Below are positions 38,710 to 49,708 of a stretch of 64,000 nucleotides of DNA, one piece after another. Each line of letters opens with the position of its first letter. Position 1 is the stretch's first letter. The stretch covers positions 1,536,001 to 1,600,000 of the forward strand of contig CAVWPA010000003.1 of assembly GCA_963756875.1 (NCBI GenBank), written 5' to 3'. The notes below the pieces were generated by a model. It ran no database searches, was not told the DNA's origin, and saw only the letters and a list, made by a program, of their open reading frames with translations. The translations under genes were made by a program, and so were the position numbers. Source of the stretch: an uncultured Verrucomicrobiae bacterium. GTDB taxonomy: Bacteria; Verrucomicrobiota; Verrucomicrobiia; Chthoniobacterales; UBA10450.

Positions 38710-38879
38710 GACGAACGAAGAGAACGTCCGGCGTTCAACGTCCACTTGGCAGAAATCAGAAATACACAGTGGACGCGACCTCAATGTCGCGCTCCCTATC
38801 GGCAGTTGGTTGTTAATTCGGCGGACGGATAATATTTACTGCGTGCGTGAACGCCCAGCCGAGTCTTAGTTTGGAAAAT

Positions 38880-39833
38880 ATGTCTCTCGATCTCGATAGG
38901 ATTCGCGCGGCCCATGAGCGGATCCGTCCTTACATCAAGCGGACGCCGGTGATGACAAGCGAACGGTTGGATCAGGCGAGCGGCGCGTCGTTGTTTTTTA
39001 AGTGCGAGAATTTTCAAAAGATCGGTGCGTTTAAGGCGCGCGGGGCGACCAACGCGGTCTTTTCGCTCGACGAGGCGGCAGCAAAACGCGGTGTGGCCAC
39101 GCATTCCTCGGGCAACCATGGGGCGGCACTGGCGTGGGCGGCGAAACTGCGTGGAATGCCCGCGCACATCGTGATGCCGTCGAATTCGGCCAGGGTGAAG
39201 GTGCGAGCCGTTGAAAGCTACGGGGCGCAGATCGCCTACTGCGAACCGACGGAAGCAGCGCGCGAGACTGCGTGCGCCGAAGTAATCGCAAGAACTGGCG
39301 CGACGCTTATTCACTCGTTCGAAAACGAAGATGTGATGGCGGGGCAGGGGACAGCGGCAGTCGAATTGCTCGAGGATGTTTCCGATCTCGATCTGGTCCT
39401 CTGTCCGGTCGGTGGTGGCGGTTTGCTTTCCGGCACGGCCGTCGCGGCAAAATCGATGCGGCCGCAAATCAAAGTGGTGGCGGCGGAACCGGCGAATGCT
39501 GACGATGCGGCCCAGTCTTTTCGTGCGGGGCGATTGATTCGCACAGAAAAGAAGTTCACCATCGCCGATGGATTGCGAACAAATGTCGGTGCGCCGAATT
39601 TCGCGATGATTCAGCGCTACGTGGACGACATCCTGACAGTCACTGAAGAGGCAATTGTCGCGGCCATGCGAACGATTTGGGAGACGATGAAAATTATTAT
39701 CGAGCCATCAGCGGCTGTTCCGTACGCGGTGATCGAAACGTCGGCAGGCAAAATGGATATTGCCGGCAAGCGCGTTGGAATCATTCTCACCGGCGGCAAC
39801 GTCGATCTCGACGCGTTGCCATGGAATCTATAG
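38880..39833 (+). CDS. PLP-dependent serine/threonine dehydratase (serine racemase-like)
   Basis: KCENFQKIGAFKARGA, HSSGNHG, PVGGGGL, TGGNVD. Confidence 0.92.
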   Translation: MSLDLDRIRAAHERIRPYIKRTPVMTSERLDQASGASLFFKCENFQKIGAFKARGATNAVFSLDEAAAKRGVATHSSGNHGAALAWAAKLRGMPAHIVMPSNSARVKVRAVESYGAQIAYCEPTEAARETACAEVIARTGATLIHSFENEDVMAGQGTAAVELLEDVSDLDLVLCPVGGGGLLSGTAVAAKSMRPQIKVVAAEPANADDAAQSFRAGRLIRTEKKFTIADGLRTNVGAPNFAMIQRYVDDILTVTEEAIVAAMRTIWETMKIIIEPSAAVPYAVIETSAGKMDIAGKRVGIILTGGNVDLDALPWNL

Positions 39834-40023
39834 AGGGCCCCGCGCCGGCTGCAAAGCCATAGTGAGTGCAGCCGGCACGGCTTGCCTCTACAGAGGAACC
39901 GCGGAGTGACCGACTGCCGAGTCGGTGCCGCCCGGACGGCGCGCCGCGCCGTCCCTACCATTTAACGAAGGCGCCTCCCCGGTTGGGGCCGGAGAGGCAC
40001 TATCGAAATTTTCGAAGAACGCC

Positions 40024-40500
40024 TTATTTCAGCGTGACTTCGCGCATAAGTTTGGTCCCGAGAATGTCGCGGATCTCCATGCGTTTGACCGAGCCCTGAT
40101 GCATCTGCTCTTCGCTCCCGATCATTTTTCGCTCAATCGGGTCGGTCCTTTCCCGAATGTTATCGAGCGCCGCCATGTTTTTGTATTCGACCATCAGTAA
40201 AACATCGAAATCGCCGTGGCAGGCAGCGTCGCCGATGAAGATTTTGTAATCCATGATGATGCCTTCTTTTTTCATCTCGTCGCTGCTCTTCTTGTAGGCT
40301 CCGGCAAGATTTTTGAGGTAATCATCGGTCATACCCGGCTTGGTTTTGACCATGGTAACGTCCCAGACGGTGCCTTCGGTGTAAGGCGCCATGCTGCCGC
40401 CGGCGGCGGATGTTTTGCTGGTTTGCGCAGAACAAAGGCCCGCGAGGCCAAGTGAAAGCGCAACGATTGCGATGACATTAAGTTTCTTGATTGTGTTCAT
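40024..40500 (-). CDS. Secreted hypothetical protein
   Basis: Signal peptide; SD aggagg upstream. Confidence 0.8.
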   Translation of the reverse strand: MNTIKKLNVIAIVALSLGLAGLCSAQTSKTSAAGGSMAPYTEGTVWDVTMVKTKPGMTDDYLKNLAGAYKKSSDEMKKEGIIMDYKIFIGDAACHGDFDVLLMVEYKNMAALDNIRERTDPIERKMIGSEEQMHQGSVKRMEIRDILGTKLMREVTLK

Positions 40501-40639
40501 TTAATTCCTCCTGAGTTGGAGCTGTTGTTTTTTTTGAGTTTGGAGTTTGCCGCTAGCAAACGTCCGTTACAACAGCTGGTTATTCTGGAAGACTGCGGTT
40601 TTGATTGACAGCTGGCGAGAACAAATTTTGTTCTTTCTT

Positions 40640-41674
40640 ATGAAAACAAACTTGTCTCGCGTCGTGGTCGCCGCTTTCTCGCTTGGTTTTGCAACAAACA
40701 TCGCGACCGCGCAATCAACCGGGGCGACGATGAAGGCGATCGTCGTGCATGAGTACGGCGGGCCGGAAGTTTTGAAATATGAAGACGCGCGGCGTCCGGA
40801 ACCGAAGGAGGATGAGGTTCTCATCCGCGTGATGGCCGCCGGCGTGAATCCGGTGGATACGTACGTGAGGCAGGGGACCCTGGCGAAAAGAGGCATGGAC
40901 AATCGTCCGTTAATCCCTGGCTATGATATTTCCGGCGTGGTCGTGGAAACCGGCGCGAACATCAGCAACTTTAAGGTTGGCGACGCGGTTTACGCGTACC
41001 TGCCCGTTGTACGGGGAGGTGGTTACGCGGAATTTGCGGTTGCCAAGGAAGGCGAGATGGCGCTTAAGCCGAAGAACATCGATTTTGAAAAAGCGGCTGC
41101 GGTTCCGCTGGCAGCGACGACGGCGTGGCAAGCGCTCGTCGATACGGCGAAGATCCAGAAAGGGCAAACGGTGCTCGTTCACGGCGGCTCGGGCGGCGTG
41201 GGAAGTTTTGCGGTGCAAATCGCAAAAGCGCGCGGCGCCAAAGTTATCGCCACCGCCTCAACGGCAAATCAGGATCTGCTCAAGCAACTCGGAGTCGATG
41301 AGCCGATCGACTACACGAAGACAAAGTTCGAGGACGTGGTGAAAGATGTCGACGTAGTGCTCAACGCGGTGCGCGGAGACACGCTTGCCCGTTCCTACGG
41401 CGTGGTGAAGAAGGGAGGCATTATCGTTTCGATTACCGGCGAGCCCGATCAGGCCGAGTGCGGGAAACATGGTATTCGCGGAGTGGGTTTAATGGCTCAT
41501 CCGGATGCGAAAGCGCTGGAAGAACTGACCCAATTGATCGAAGCGAACAAGATCACGCCGATCGTGTCGCAGGTTTTTCCTTTGGCGGAAGCTGCCAAGG
41601 CGCAGGAACAAATCGAAACGCATCACACCCGCGGCAAGATTGTCCTGAAGGTGGCGAACGGGCCGAAATCCTGA
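40640..41674 (+). CDS. NADP-dependent (MDR/quinone) oxidoreductase
   Basis: MKAIVVHEYGGPEVL, AAGVNPVD, HGGSGGVGSFAVQ, TRGKIVL. Confidence 0.92.
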   Translation: MKTNLSRVVVAAFSLGFATNIATAQSTGATMKAIVVHEYGGPEVLKYEDARRPEPKEDEVLIRVMAAGVNPVDTYVRQGTLAKRGMDNRPLIPGYDISGVVVETGANISNFKVGDAVYAYLPVVRGGGYAEFAVAKEGEMALKPKNIDFEKAAAVPLAATTAWQALVDTAKIQKGQTVLVHGGSGGVGSFAVQIAKARGAKVIATASTANQDLLKQLGVDEPIDYTKTKFEDVVKDVDVVLNAVRGDTLARSYGVVKKGGIIVSITGEPDQAECGKHGIRGVGLMAHPDAKALEELTQLIEANKITPIVSQVFPLAEAAKAQEQIETHHTRGKIVLKVANGPKS

Positions 41675-41709
41675 CGAGCCCGCTATTTTCTACACCGCAG
41701 GGGAAGGCG

Positions 41710-42156
41710 TTACTTGCACGGGCCGGGAACAGGAATAACGAATTTCCCGTCCTTTTCGGCGACGAAATTCTCGCTCTTGCTGGTCGAAGAGCCGTTGGCG
41801 TTCTTGGTTTCGATGGTGATAACAAGTTTTTTAGTCGGCTTCAACGTCAGGCAAACCTTGCCACCTGTCGGCGAATCCTGAGACGCTGCCGCCTTGGCGG
41901 CATCTTCCGGAGTCAGAGCGACCAATTCGATCTTGGAGACTTTTGAGCCGGCCTGGGCCGCCTGCATCATTTTGTAAAAACCGACAATCGCCGGGTCGGA
42001 CCCTTGTGTGTAGAGGAACGATTCCAACGTGGCGTTATCTTTGGCTTCGAGGGCTGCTTTGTATTTGTCGGTAAACGCCTTTTCATCCGCCGCGTGGCAA
42101 CGGATCGAAAATGATGCAACGAGAATGAAAGAAAGAAGAGTGATAATTGATTTCAT
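41710..42156 (-). CDS. Secreted hypothetical protein
   Basis: Signal peptide, K-rich. Confidence 0.75.
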   Translation of the reverse strand: MKSIITLLSFILVASFSIRCHAADEKAFTDKYKAALEAKDNATLESFLYTQGSDPAIVGFYKMMQAAQAGSKVSKIELVALTPEDAAKAAASQDSPTGGKVCLTLKPTKKLVITIETKNANGSSTSKSENFVAEKDGKFVIPVPGPCK

Positions 42157-42292
42157 GTAACTTTTTTCCAGCTACGAGTGTGTTGCCGCTTCAATGACTG
42201 GTTGCGGCGGGTCGAGCCAAGTAGGTTGTCCCGGCGTGCACAAGCTTTTTCGGTGCGGCACAGCCCGAGATGTCTGGGAGCGGGACGGATTA

Positions 42293-42601
42293 CTAACTTT
42301 GCGTCTCCGCGTGCCAGTCGAAGGAAGGGAGCTTTTGCGGCAGCAGAGGTCGTGATTGCTTGCGCGCGTTGAGAAAACCGCACGCTGGAGCGTTTCGTGT
42401 CTTCTCATCGACTGTGCTAATCCGAACACTGACGCATGCGTCGCTCGGATCTTTGCCGGCGAAGAGGTGTTCCCAATCGGCCCGGGCGGATTCGAGGAAC
42501 CGCCCGTAATGCCGGTCCAGTGCGCGCTGCAATCCTTCGAGGATTTCGACTTTCCCAGCCGCGACTTCGATCGCTTTCGTCTGTTGCGATTCGGCGCTCA
42601 T
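42293..42601 (-). CDS. Hypothetical protein
   Basis: Plausible ORF divergent from the 42689 gene; C-terminus uncertain. Confidence 0.4.
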   Translation of the reverse strand: MSAESQQTKAIEVAAGKVEILEGLQRALDRHYGRFLESARADWEHLFAGKDPSDACVSVRISTVDEKTRNAPACGFLNARKQSRPLLPQKLPSFDWHAETQS

Positions 42602-42688
42602 CTCCCGGAAAAACAAGGCAGCATGAATTGCGCCCGTAGCGACGGCAACTCTTGTATGTGCGATGCGATTGCGCTTTAATGGCATCCG

Positions 42689-44683
42689 ATGAAGTTGTGG
42701 AGGGTAACTTTTTTCGGGGTTCTTTTGATTGCGGCGACTGTTGTGGCGCAATCGCCGCGGCGGAGTAGCGCAAAAACGGCCAGCTCGCCGGTATCGGCCA
42801 GATTTTTCACCGTCGATCGCAGCACGCTGCCACCGGGGTTGCAGCAGATTCCGCTCGAACGTCTTTCGTCCGGCGCGCTGATGCTGCTAAATCACAACAA
42901 TAACCTGGTGCATCCGCCGGCTGCCTGGTCGCAAAGACTCCCGACGACGTCAGCGACAGCTACGCCACTGGCAACGCCAACGCCCGGGGTAGTACTCGAT
43001 TTGCGAGTCGGCTCGAACCTGCGGCTCGGCGACGATCCATCTGCGCTACCCTCCAATATGCGGGCGCAGGCGGAGCCGCACATCGCGCGGTCGCAGATCG
43101 ACCCGGACTTTCTTGTTGCGACGTTTCAGGAAGGCCGCTTCACCAACGGCGGCGCGGTCGATTGCGGATATTCAATCAGCACAGATGGCGGACTCAGCTG
43201 GACGCGCGCGTTGATTCCGAACCTGACGCTGGTTACGGGAGGTTCATATTATCGCGACACGGATCCAGTAGCCGGAGTCGATCTCAGCGGAAATGTTTAT
43301 CTCAACACCGAAGGTGCGACCGATTCCAGCTTCGGCAGTGGTGACATCCTTGTCAGCAAGTCGACTGACGGCGGCGCCACCTTTCCAGCGCCGGCTCTAG
43401 TTTATCATCCAACGAACGCGAGCGTCTTTCCGGACAAGCCCTGGATGGTAATCAATAATTTCTCGGGCACATCCACCGCAGGGCGCATTGTTGCTACGTT
43501 CACGCGATTTCTCGCGAACATTGCCTCACCAATCGTCAGCAGCTACAGCGATGATGGCGGAGCGACGTGGAGCGCAATCACCTTTGTTCATTCATCGAGC
43601 ACCAACGCGCAAGGCTCGCAACCGGTCTTTCTGCCGAACGGCAACCTGGTCATCGTTTACTTCAACTTCAACACAAGCGGTCTCCACCTTGTTACTTCCA
43701 CTGATGGCGGAGTGACGTTTGGAACTCCGCACCTCATCACTACGGTGAATCTGTATAATGAGCCGAGTATTCGCAGCGGCTCATTCCTTCCTTCGGCGGT
43801 TTCCGATCGCACGAATGGGAATCTTTACCTGGTGTATCAGGCGCTCCTGTCCAATCACCCGAGGATCGCGTTCACCAAATCCACCGATGGCGGTTCTACC
43901 TGGACCACGCCGATTGCGATTAGCGACAACCCGACGGGTTCCGGCGTATTCAACCCCGCCGTCAACGTCTCGCCGGACGGCCAGACCGTGACCGTTGTCT
44001 TCTACGATCACCGGAACAATCCCGGCTCGAATGTGCTGGTTGATCTTTATCTCGCGCAATCGTTCGATGGCGGCGCGACCTGGCAACCAAACATCCGCCT
44101 TACTTCGGTATCGACCGATGCGTCGCTCGCGCCAGATACATCTGATAACCCCCTTCAGCACCAGTACATGCTGGGGGACTATCAGGCGGTCGCTGAGCCG
44201 ACCAATGTAAATGTGCCGGCCGTCCCGGTCTGGATCGATACCCGCGCGGGCAATCCGGATCCGTTCATTGCGCGCGTGGGCATTTCGGCGCAATCGAATT
44301 TTACCAGCTGGGAGGCAGCGCGCTTGTCGTTAGGCCAAATCGACGATCCTTTTTTTGGCGGGCCGGGTGGCGACGCCGACTTAGATGGCAAACCGAACCT
44401 GATCGAGTACACAATGGGCACGCCGCCAAACCAGAGCGACAACGTCGGCGTTTCGATCACTCAGGTCGGATCGACATTTGCCATCACTTATCCGCGGCTC
44501 AAAGCCGCAACCGACGTGACGCTGCACGCATATCGTTCGATGGATCTCTCGACGAATAGTTGGACCACGAATGGCGTGACAGAAACGCTTCTTTCAGACG
44601 ACGGGATAACGCAAATGTGGGAGGCCTCCACTCCGGCGAACGCGTCGCCGCTTCTCTTTCGCTTGCAGGCAACTCAACCGTAA
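42689..44683 (+). CDS. Secreted BNR/Asp-box (sialidase-like beta-propeller) protein
   Basis: Six S.DGG.[TS][WF] Asp-boxes, DKPW, GDY; C-terminal DADLDG..NL.EY domain. Confidence 0.88.
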   Translation: MKLWRVTFFGVLLIAATVVAQSPRRSSAKTASSPVSARFFTVDRSTLPPGLQQIPLERLSSGALMLLNHNNNLVHPPAAWSQRLPTTSATATPLATPTPGVVLDLRVGSNLRLGDDPSALPSNMRAQAEPHIARSQIDPDFLVATFQEGRFTNGGAVDCGYSISTDGGLSWTRALIPNLTLVTGGSYYRDTDPVAGVDLSGNVYLNTEGATDSSFGSGDILVSKSTDGGATFPAPALVYHPTNASVFPDKPWMVINNFSGTSTAGRIVATFTRFLANIASPIVSSYSDDGGATWSAITFVHSSSTNAQGSQPVFLPNGNLVIVYFNFNTSGLHLVTSTDGGVTFGTPHLITTVNLYNEPSIRSGSFLPSAVSDRTNGNLYLVYQALLSNHPRIAFTKSTDGGSTWTTPIAISDNPTGSGVFNPAVNVSPDGQTVTVVFYDHRNNPGSNVLVDLYLAQSFDGGATWQPNIRLTSVSTDASLAPDTSDNPLQHQYMLGDYQAVAEPTNVNVPAVPVWIDTRAGNPDPFIARVGISAQSNFTSWEAARLSLGQIDDPFFGGPGGDADLDGKPNLIEYTMGTPPNQSDNVGVSITQVGSTFAITYPRLKAATDVTLHAYRSMDLSTNSWTTNGVTETLLSDDGITQMWEASTPANASPLLFRLQATQP

Positions 44684-44728
44684 AACAGGCAGGGTTGGTG
44701 TGCCGGCGGGCCTCTGATGGGTTCAGAA

Positions 44729-44792
44729 ATTGCAGGGCAAGCGCTTCGCTTGCCTTGGATTGGATTTGGCAAGCGGAGCGCTTGCCCTACAA
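44729..44792. repeat. REP doublet of the family flanking the 60655 RAYT
   Basis: ttgcagggcaagcgcttcgcttgcc ... ggcaagcggagcgcttgccctacaa. Confidence 0.8.
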
Positions 44793-44892
44793 AGGTCAGG
44801 CTAGGACCGCGTGTTCCGGGTAGGGTCGGCGCGCTGCGCCGACCGGACACCGCAGCGCGGTGTCCCTACCCGTTGGTTACGGAGTTGCGTTC

Positions 44893-45321
44893 CTAGTCGT
44901 GAAATTCGTATCTCGCCTTGGACAAATTGCCGATGTGAGTGCGCGCGCCTCCCCAATACACATATCCGCGAAGCTTTCCCGGATTTCGTTTCCTCACGTA
45001 GATGCCGCCATCGTGCCAGATTGAGGTGCCGCTGGAATGTTCCGCAATTCTGCGCGACGCACGATAGTAATAACCTTTGCTGTCCTCTGCGTACAACGAA
45101 TAGGTTCCTGCCGGAAAGTGCATCGTCGCGACCGACACCTCGGATCGAAGATCGAGGTAGCGCGGCGCACCCATCGGTCCTTCGGCCGGAATCGGATGAT
45201 ACCCGCGGCCGCCAGTGCAGGAGCAGAGCAGGAGGGGAAAAAGTAGAAGGGAGAAAGTAGAAAGTAGAAAAGATTGTGCCGGAGCAGGGGATGGTTGTTT
45301 GCCATTAGTGATCCGTTTCAT
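44893..45321 (-). CDS. Lipoprotein, unknown function (start uncertain)
   Basis: LLCSC lipobox followed by a globular region. Confidence 0.65.
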   Translation of the reverse strand: MKRITNGKQPSPAPAQSFLLSTFSLLLFPLLLCSCTGGRGYHPIPAEGPMGAPRYLDLRSEVSVATMHFPAGTYSLYAEDSKGYYYRASRRIAEHSSGTSIWHDGGIYVRKRNPGKLRGYVYWGGARTHIGNLSKARYEFHD

Positions 45322-45362
45322 CCGCTGCCCGCCCGCCGTGGCGGGTAATCCGTGGTTCATTC

Positions 45363-47129
45363 CTATTTTAATGCCTTGTCGATCGAAGTCGGATCGTCGA
45401 GCAAGATCCATTCGATAATCGAAACGGGCAGGCTGCCGTTTTTGATCAAGGCGTCGTGGAACTGGCCAAGTCGGAATTTGTCGCCTTGTCGATCCTTGTA
45501 GCGCCCGAGCAAATTCATAATCTGCCATTTGCCGATGATATAGCTGATCTTTTGCGTCGGACTTGATGCGGCCCCGGCCGCTTCACCTTCGGCAGCTTCG
45601 CGATCCAGTCCGCCTGCTTCCATGAAATATTTTACCGCTTGCTCAAAGCTCCATTTACCCGTGTGGAGATTCACATCCACGCCGATTCGCGCCGCGCGGT
45701 ATCGCGCCAGGCGGAGGACCTGTCCATGCCCGGCTGAGTCGAGCGGATAAAGCCCTTCGCGGAGAAGCATCTCTTCGCCGTAGAGCGCCCAACCTTCGAT
45801 GAAGACGTTGTCCTCGTGCTGGCGGCGGATCTCGTCGGTCAAATGATTGGCGATGGAGAGCTGCAGGAAATGCCCCGGGATTCCTTCGTGGCCGAGGATC
45901 GGCCGTGGATCTTCAATTGCCGCGCGAATATAAAAATTCTTCGAGTGTGGATTGTAAGTGGGAATGAAATAGAAGCCGGTGGGATCTTTGTCGTAAACTC
46001 CCGGCGGATTCATAAAACCACCCGGACTGGTCGGCTTGAATGCGTCCGGCAATTGGCGAATCTCGAACTTCCCGAGATAATTCGGCAACGTGACCAGATG
46101 GTGCTCCTTCAAAAAGCTAATCAGGTCCTGTTCCCGGCTTTCATATGCTTTCAAAAAGGAGGCCTGATCGGGGGGGATGTGTGCGCTGCGTGCCGGATCG
46201 GGATCGGCCAGCTTCGGATCGGGAAGCTGCGCTTCGAGAGCCCGGTAGCGTGCTAGCTCAATGCGCCCGATCATGGCCACTTCGGTCGCGTCGAACGGCA
46301 GAAGCAGAACGTGTTTGAGATAATAATTGTAATTGGCTTCGCCCATTGGCGCGAAATCGACCATCGCCGGCAAACGCTTCTCGAGTTCGTTAGCGTAATT
46401 GTGCAGCGCCACGAGGGCGGCATCGCGCGCCTTTACCAGTTCTTGGTGCTCACCGGGTGCAAGACCGACGTCGAGCGCCATCAAGCTCTTGTTCAAGAGC
46501 GGATCGATCGAGCGCGCGGATTGGATCGCCAGGTTCGCATAAAGTTTCACCGGGCTCTGCAAATTAGTCAGGCCTTGTTTGAGTAACGCCGGCATGGCTT
46601 CAAGCCGCGCCGTGGCAGCCAGCGCGCGTTTGCGTGGCGTGTCGTAATTCTTTTTCAGCAGCGAGAAAATCGCATTTGTGCATTCGTCGACGTAAACCTC
46701 CGGGTTCGTTCGCTCGAATTTCAGAACGCGATTCTGAAAATCGATGTTCTCGAGTTGGGCGCGAAAAAGAATCGCGTCGATCCGATCGTCTTTTCGCCAG
46801 CTGTCGGTCTTCATGGCGCGCACTTTTTCCAGGAGCGCATGAACGTGTTGCGCTCGCTGCGCGATTTTGTCCGGCGAATAATCGGTGAGTTTGTTGTCCC
46901 AGGTGTGTAACCCGGCGTCGGAAGAACCGACCGGGTAGTTCTCGTTACGCCATTTGTAATAATCGTTCGCCTGCGCGCGCAACGCCGCTGCGGCCATCAC
47001 TTCTTCAGTATTTGCCTTGGTAATTAACGCCTTGTTGATGACGTTTGGTCGCGTGCCCGGAGGCTGCTGTCCGTGCGCCGCAGACAAAGCGATCGCGATT
47101 GCCGCTGCGAAAAAGATCTTCGATTTCAC
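45363..47129 (-). CDS. DUF885 family secreted protein
   Basis: HEGIPGHFLQ, EGWALYGE, RAARIGVDVNLH. Confidence 0.9.
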   Translation of the reverse strand: MKSKIFFAAAIAIALSAAHGQQPPGTRPNVINKALITKANTEEVMAAAALRAQANDYYKWRNENYPVGSSDAGLHTWDNKLTDYSPDKIAQRAQHVHALLEKVRAMKTDSWRKDDRIDAILFRAQLENIDFQNRVLKFERTNPEVYVDECTNAIFSLLKKNYDTPRKRALAATARLEAMPALLKQGLTNLQSPVKLYANLAIQSARSIDPLLNKSLMALDVGLAPGEHQELVKARDAALVALHNYANELEKRLPAMVDFAPMGEANYNYYLKHVLLLPFDATEVAMIGRIELARYRALEAQLPDPKLADPDPARSAHIPPDQASFLKAYESREQDLISFLKEHHLVTLPNYLGKFEIRQLPDAFKPTSPGGFMNPPGVYDKDPTGFYFIPTYNPHSKNFYIRAAIEDPRPILGHEGIPGHFLQLSIANHLTDEIRRQHEDNVFIEGWALYGEEMLLREGLYPLDSAGHGQVLRLARYRAARIGVDVNLHTGKWSFEQAVKYFMEAGGLDREAAEGEAAGAASSPTQKISYIIGKWQIMNLLGRYKDRQGDKFRLGQFHDALIKNGSLPVSIIEWILLDDPTSIDKALK

Positions 47130-47218
47130 GAGAGCGATTCTAGCCGGTTGCGCGCAATGAGAAAGCGTAATCGAGTCACCGGGCCTCTGACTTCTGATCT
47201 GCGGACTCCTCCGAGAAA

Positions 47219-47290
47219 TGGGCGGTGAGGGTTTCGAACCCCCGACCTACTGGGTGTAAACCAGCCGCTCTACCACTGAGCTAACCGCCC
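47219..47290 (-). tRNA. tRNA-Val(TAC), CCA not encoded
   Basis: GGGCGGTTAGCTCAGTGGTAGAGC...TTACAC...GGTTCGAAACCCTCACCGCCCA cloverleaf. Confidence 0.95.
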
Positions 47291-47362
47291 CGAATCGGCG
47301 TTGAAGGTTGCATTATGATGCGAAATGGGTGCCAAGACGAATCGAAAAACCAGAGTTGAGTT

Positions 47363-49112
47363 CTAGCGCGCGACCGCTTCGCGATAAGGTTTATGCTGCT
47401 CGTAAAGCTTCAGCCGTTGTTCCGCTCCGGCGCGATGAGCGTCCGCGGTCTTGTTCATTTCCAGGGCTTTCTTCTGATATTTGACGGCGTCATCGAAATC
47501 GCCGGCTTCCGCATAACTGGCAGCGAGCGTATCGATGTAGGCCCATACCTGCCAGTACCGATAGTTCGCACGCTTTCATCGCTGCGTCGGTGGCTTTCTT
47601 TCCATTGCGCACGGCTGCTTCAGGCGATGTCGCCCGGAACCACGCCAAAGAGTTCAATCCTGGAGCGTCGGCTTTTTTAAGTTCGATCTGCGTTATTTTT
47701 TCCATGTCGGCCGTTGCCTTCGCGTATTCCTTCTTGCGGGCGCGAGCCAGAGCGCGCGCCGCGTAGGCGGGAACAGAATTGGAATCGATCGCGATGGCCT
47801 TGTCGTAATCGCCGATGGCCTTGTCGATCTCGCCTTCTCGAATGTAAAGGGCGCCGCGATTTATGTATGTGCCGATGAAGCGCGGGTTTAGTTGCATCAC
47901 CTTGTCAAGGTCGGCGAATGCTTCCTTTAATCTTCCTTCATCGCGCAGCTGGATTGCGCGATTAAAGTAAGCCTGCCATTGCTTCGGATTAATAAGAATC
48001 GCCGCGCTCAGATCTTTGATCGCACCGTCCCGGTCTCCTTTCAGCGATAAGACCGACGCGCGATTGACGTAACCGCCCGAGTTTGCCGGATCAAGCGTGA
48101 CAGCTTCGTCGTAATCGCGAAGGGCTTTGTCCAGCTCCTGCTTCGCCTGGTAGGCGTTGCCGCGATTCATAACGACAACCGACGCTCGAGCGGTGCTGAT
48201 GTCGCGCGTCATGAGATAGTCATTCAATTCTATCGAACGATCAAAGTCGCCTGCGTCGTACGCCGCTTTCGCCTGATCAAAAATGTCTAGATAGTTGTCT
48301 TCGAGTTGTTGCGCCCATGATTCGCCCGGTATGCGGGGCCGTTTGCTTTGATAAACAGTAGCCCGGCTCAAAGCCTTCGATGTCTGTCGATCTGGATTCA
48401 GCCGCTGCGCTTCGGCAAGCTCGCGAGCGCTTTTCTCGGAATCTCCCTTGCGACGATAGATGTCGGCCCGCTCGAGGTGCGCTCTCGCATTTGCCGGATC
48501 GACGGCGAGCGCACCGTCAAAATTCGCAAGCGCCCGGTCCGGGTCATTTTTAGCCACATAACAAAGGCCACGCGTGATGAGTTCGTTTGGACTGCGTGGA
48601 TTACATCGAATTGCTTCAGTAAGGTCGGCAATGGCGTCATCCATCTTGCCCTTATTGTAGTAGATCAGCCCGCGACTGTAGTAAGCTGACTTCGAATTAG
48701 GATCGAGGCGGATGGCTTCAGTAAGGTCGGCAATCGCCTTATCTGTTTTACCTTTCCATTGCCATGCATACCCGCGGCCGCCATAGGCGCCGGCAAGGGC
48801 CGGGTTCAATCGCAGCGCCTCGGTGAAGTCGCCGATGGCGGCGTCTAATTCCCATTTAAAATTGTAAGCCGTTCCGCGGTTCAAGTAAACGTAAGCTCGC
48901 TGATCAGTTGGAAGGGGCTTCTTTAGAGCCGCGGTAAATTTTTCGATTGCCTCGTCGCGTTCGCCCGAGAGGTTCGCTGCGTAACCTTGGTTTGCCAGTT
49001 TAAGTCCCGTTCGAAGACCGATCAGGTAGGAAGTAATAAGATAAGCGATCACGGCCAAGGTACAGATCGCGATCACTGCAATTGCCCCGCCGATCTTTAC
49101 ACTCCTCGTCAT
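47363..49112 (-). CDS. Membrane-anchored TPR protein (apparent frameshift ~47555)
   Basis: Many AY.NRG...AI.D...AI.L.P repeats; shifted frame continues [22 protein letters not shown]. Confidence 0.85.
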
Positions 49113-49177
49113 TCCTGTTTCTAATTGCTATTTGAATCTACTTTACCCTTTCACTTAGTAAATAAACGATCCGCCGC

Positions 49178-49618
49178 ATGAGATATTTCGAAGATTTAAA
49201 AGCAGGCGATCGATTCAACTCGGCTACTTATACAGTCAGTCAGGAAGAGATGATTTCCTTCTCGCGCAATTTCGATCCGCAAAGTTTTCACCTCGATCCT
49301 GCAATCGCGCAGCGGACGATGTTCGCTGGTCTGATCGCCAGCGGGTGGCACACGGCTGCGATTACCATGCGTCTCTTTGTGCAGACCCTGGATTTCTCGG
49401 AAGGTGCGATTGGCCTGGGAGTAGATGAATTACGCTGGCCATTTCCTGTCCGGCCGGGAGATGTCTTGCGAGTTGAGACAGAGATTATCGATTTACGTAC
49501 TTCGCGTTCAAAATCGGACTATGGCATCGTTCGGTTGCGGAATGTGACAACAAACCAGCGCGACGAAGTAGTTCAGACTATGCTAGCTTCTGCGCTGGTG
49601 CGGCGCCGCAAGTCATAA
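49178..49618 (+). CDS. MaoC-family dehydratase
   Basis: YFEDL, FDPQSFHLD, GLIASGWHT, PVRPGD. Confidence 0.92.
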   Translation: MRYFEDLKAGDRFNSATYTVSQEEMISFSRNFDPQSFHLDPAIAQRTMFAGLIASGWHTAAITMRLFVQTLDFSEGAIGLGVDELRWPFPVRPGDVLRVETEIIDLRTSRSKSDYGIVRLRNVTTNQRDEVVQTMLASALVRRRKS

Positions 49619-49708
49619 GAAGAACGCATGGAATCGGTCATGGTTCAGATATATCGTCAAACCGTTTAGACTTGCATACTACCTAACTCTACTCTATTCG
49701 AAAGCTAC

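Noticed and set aside
47219..49112. tRNA-Val as an integration site of an island
   Set aside because: No adjacent integrase and no duplicated tRNA 3' end seen in the window.
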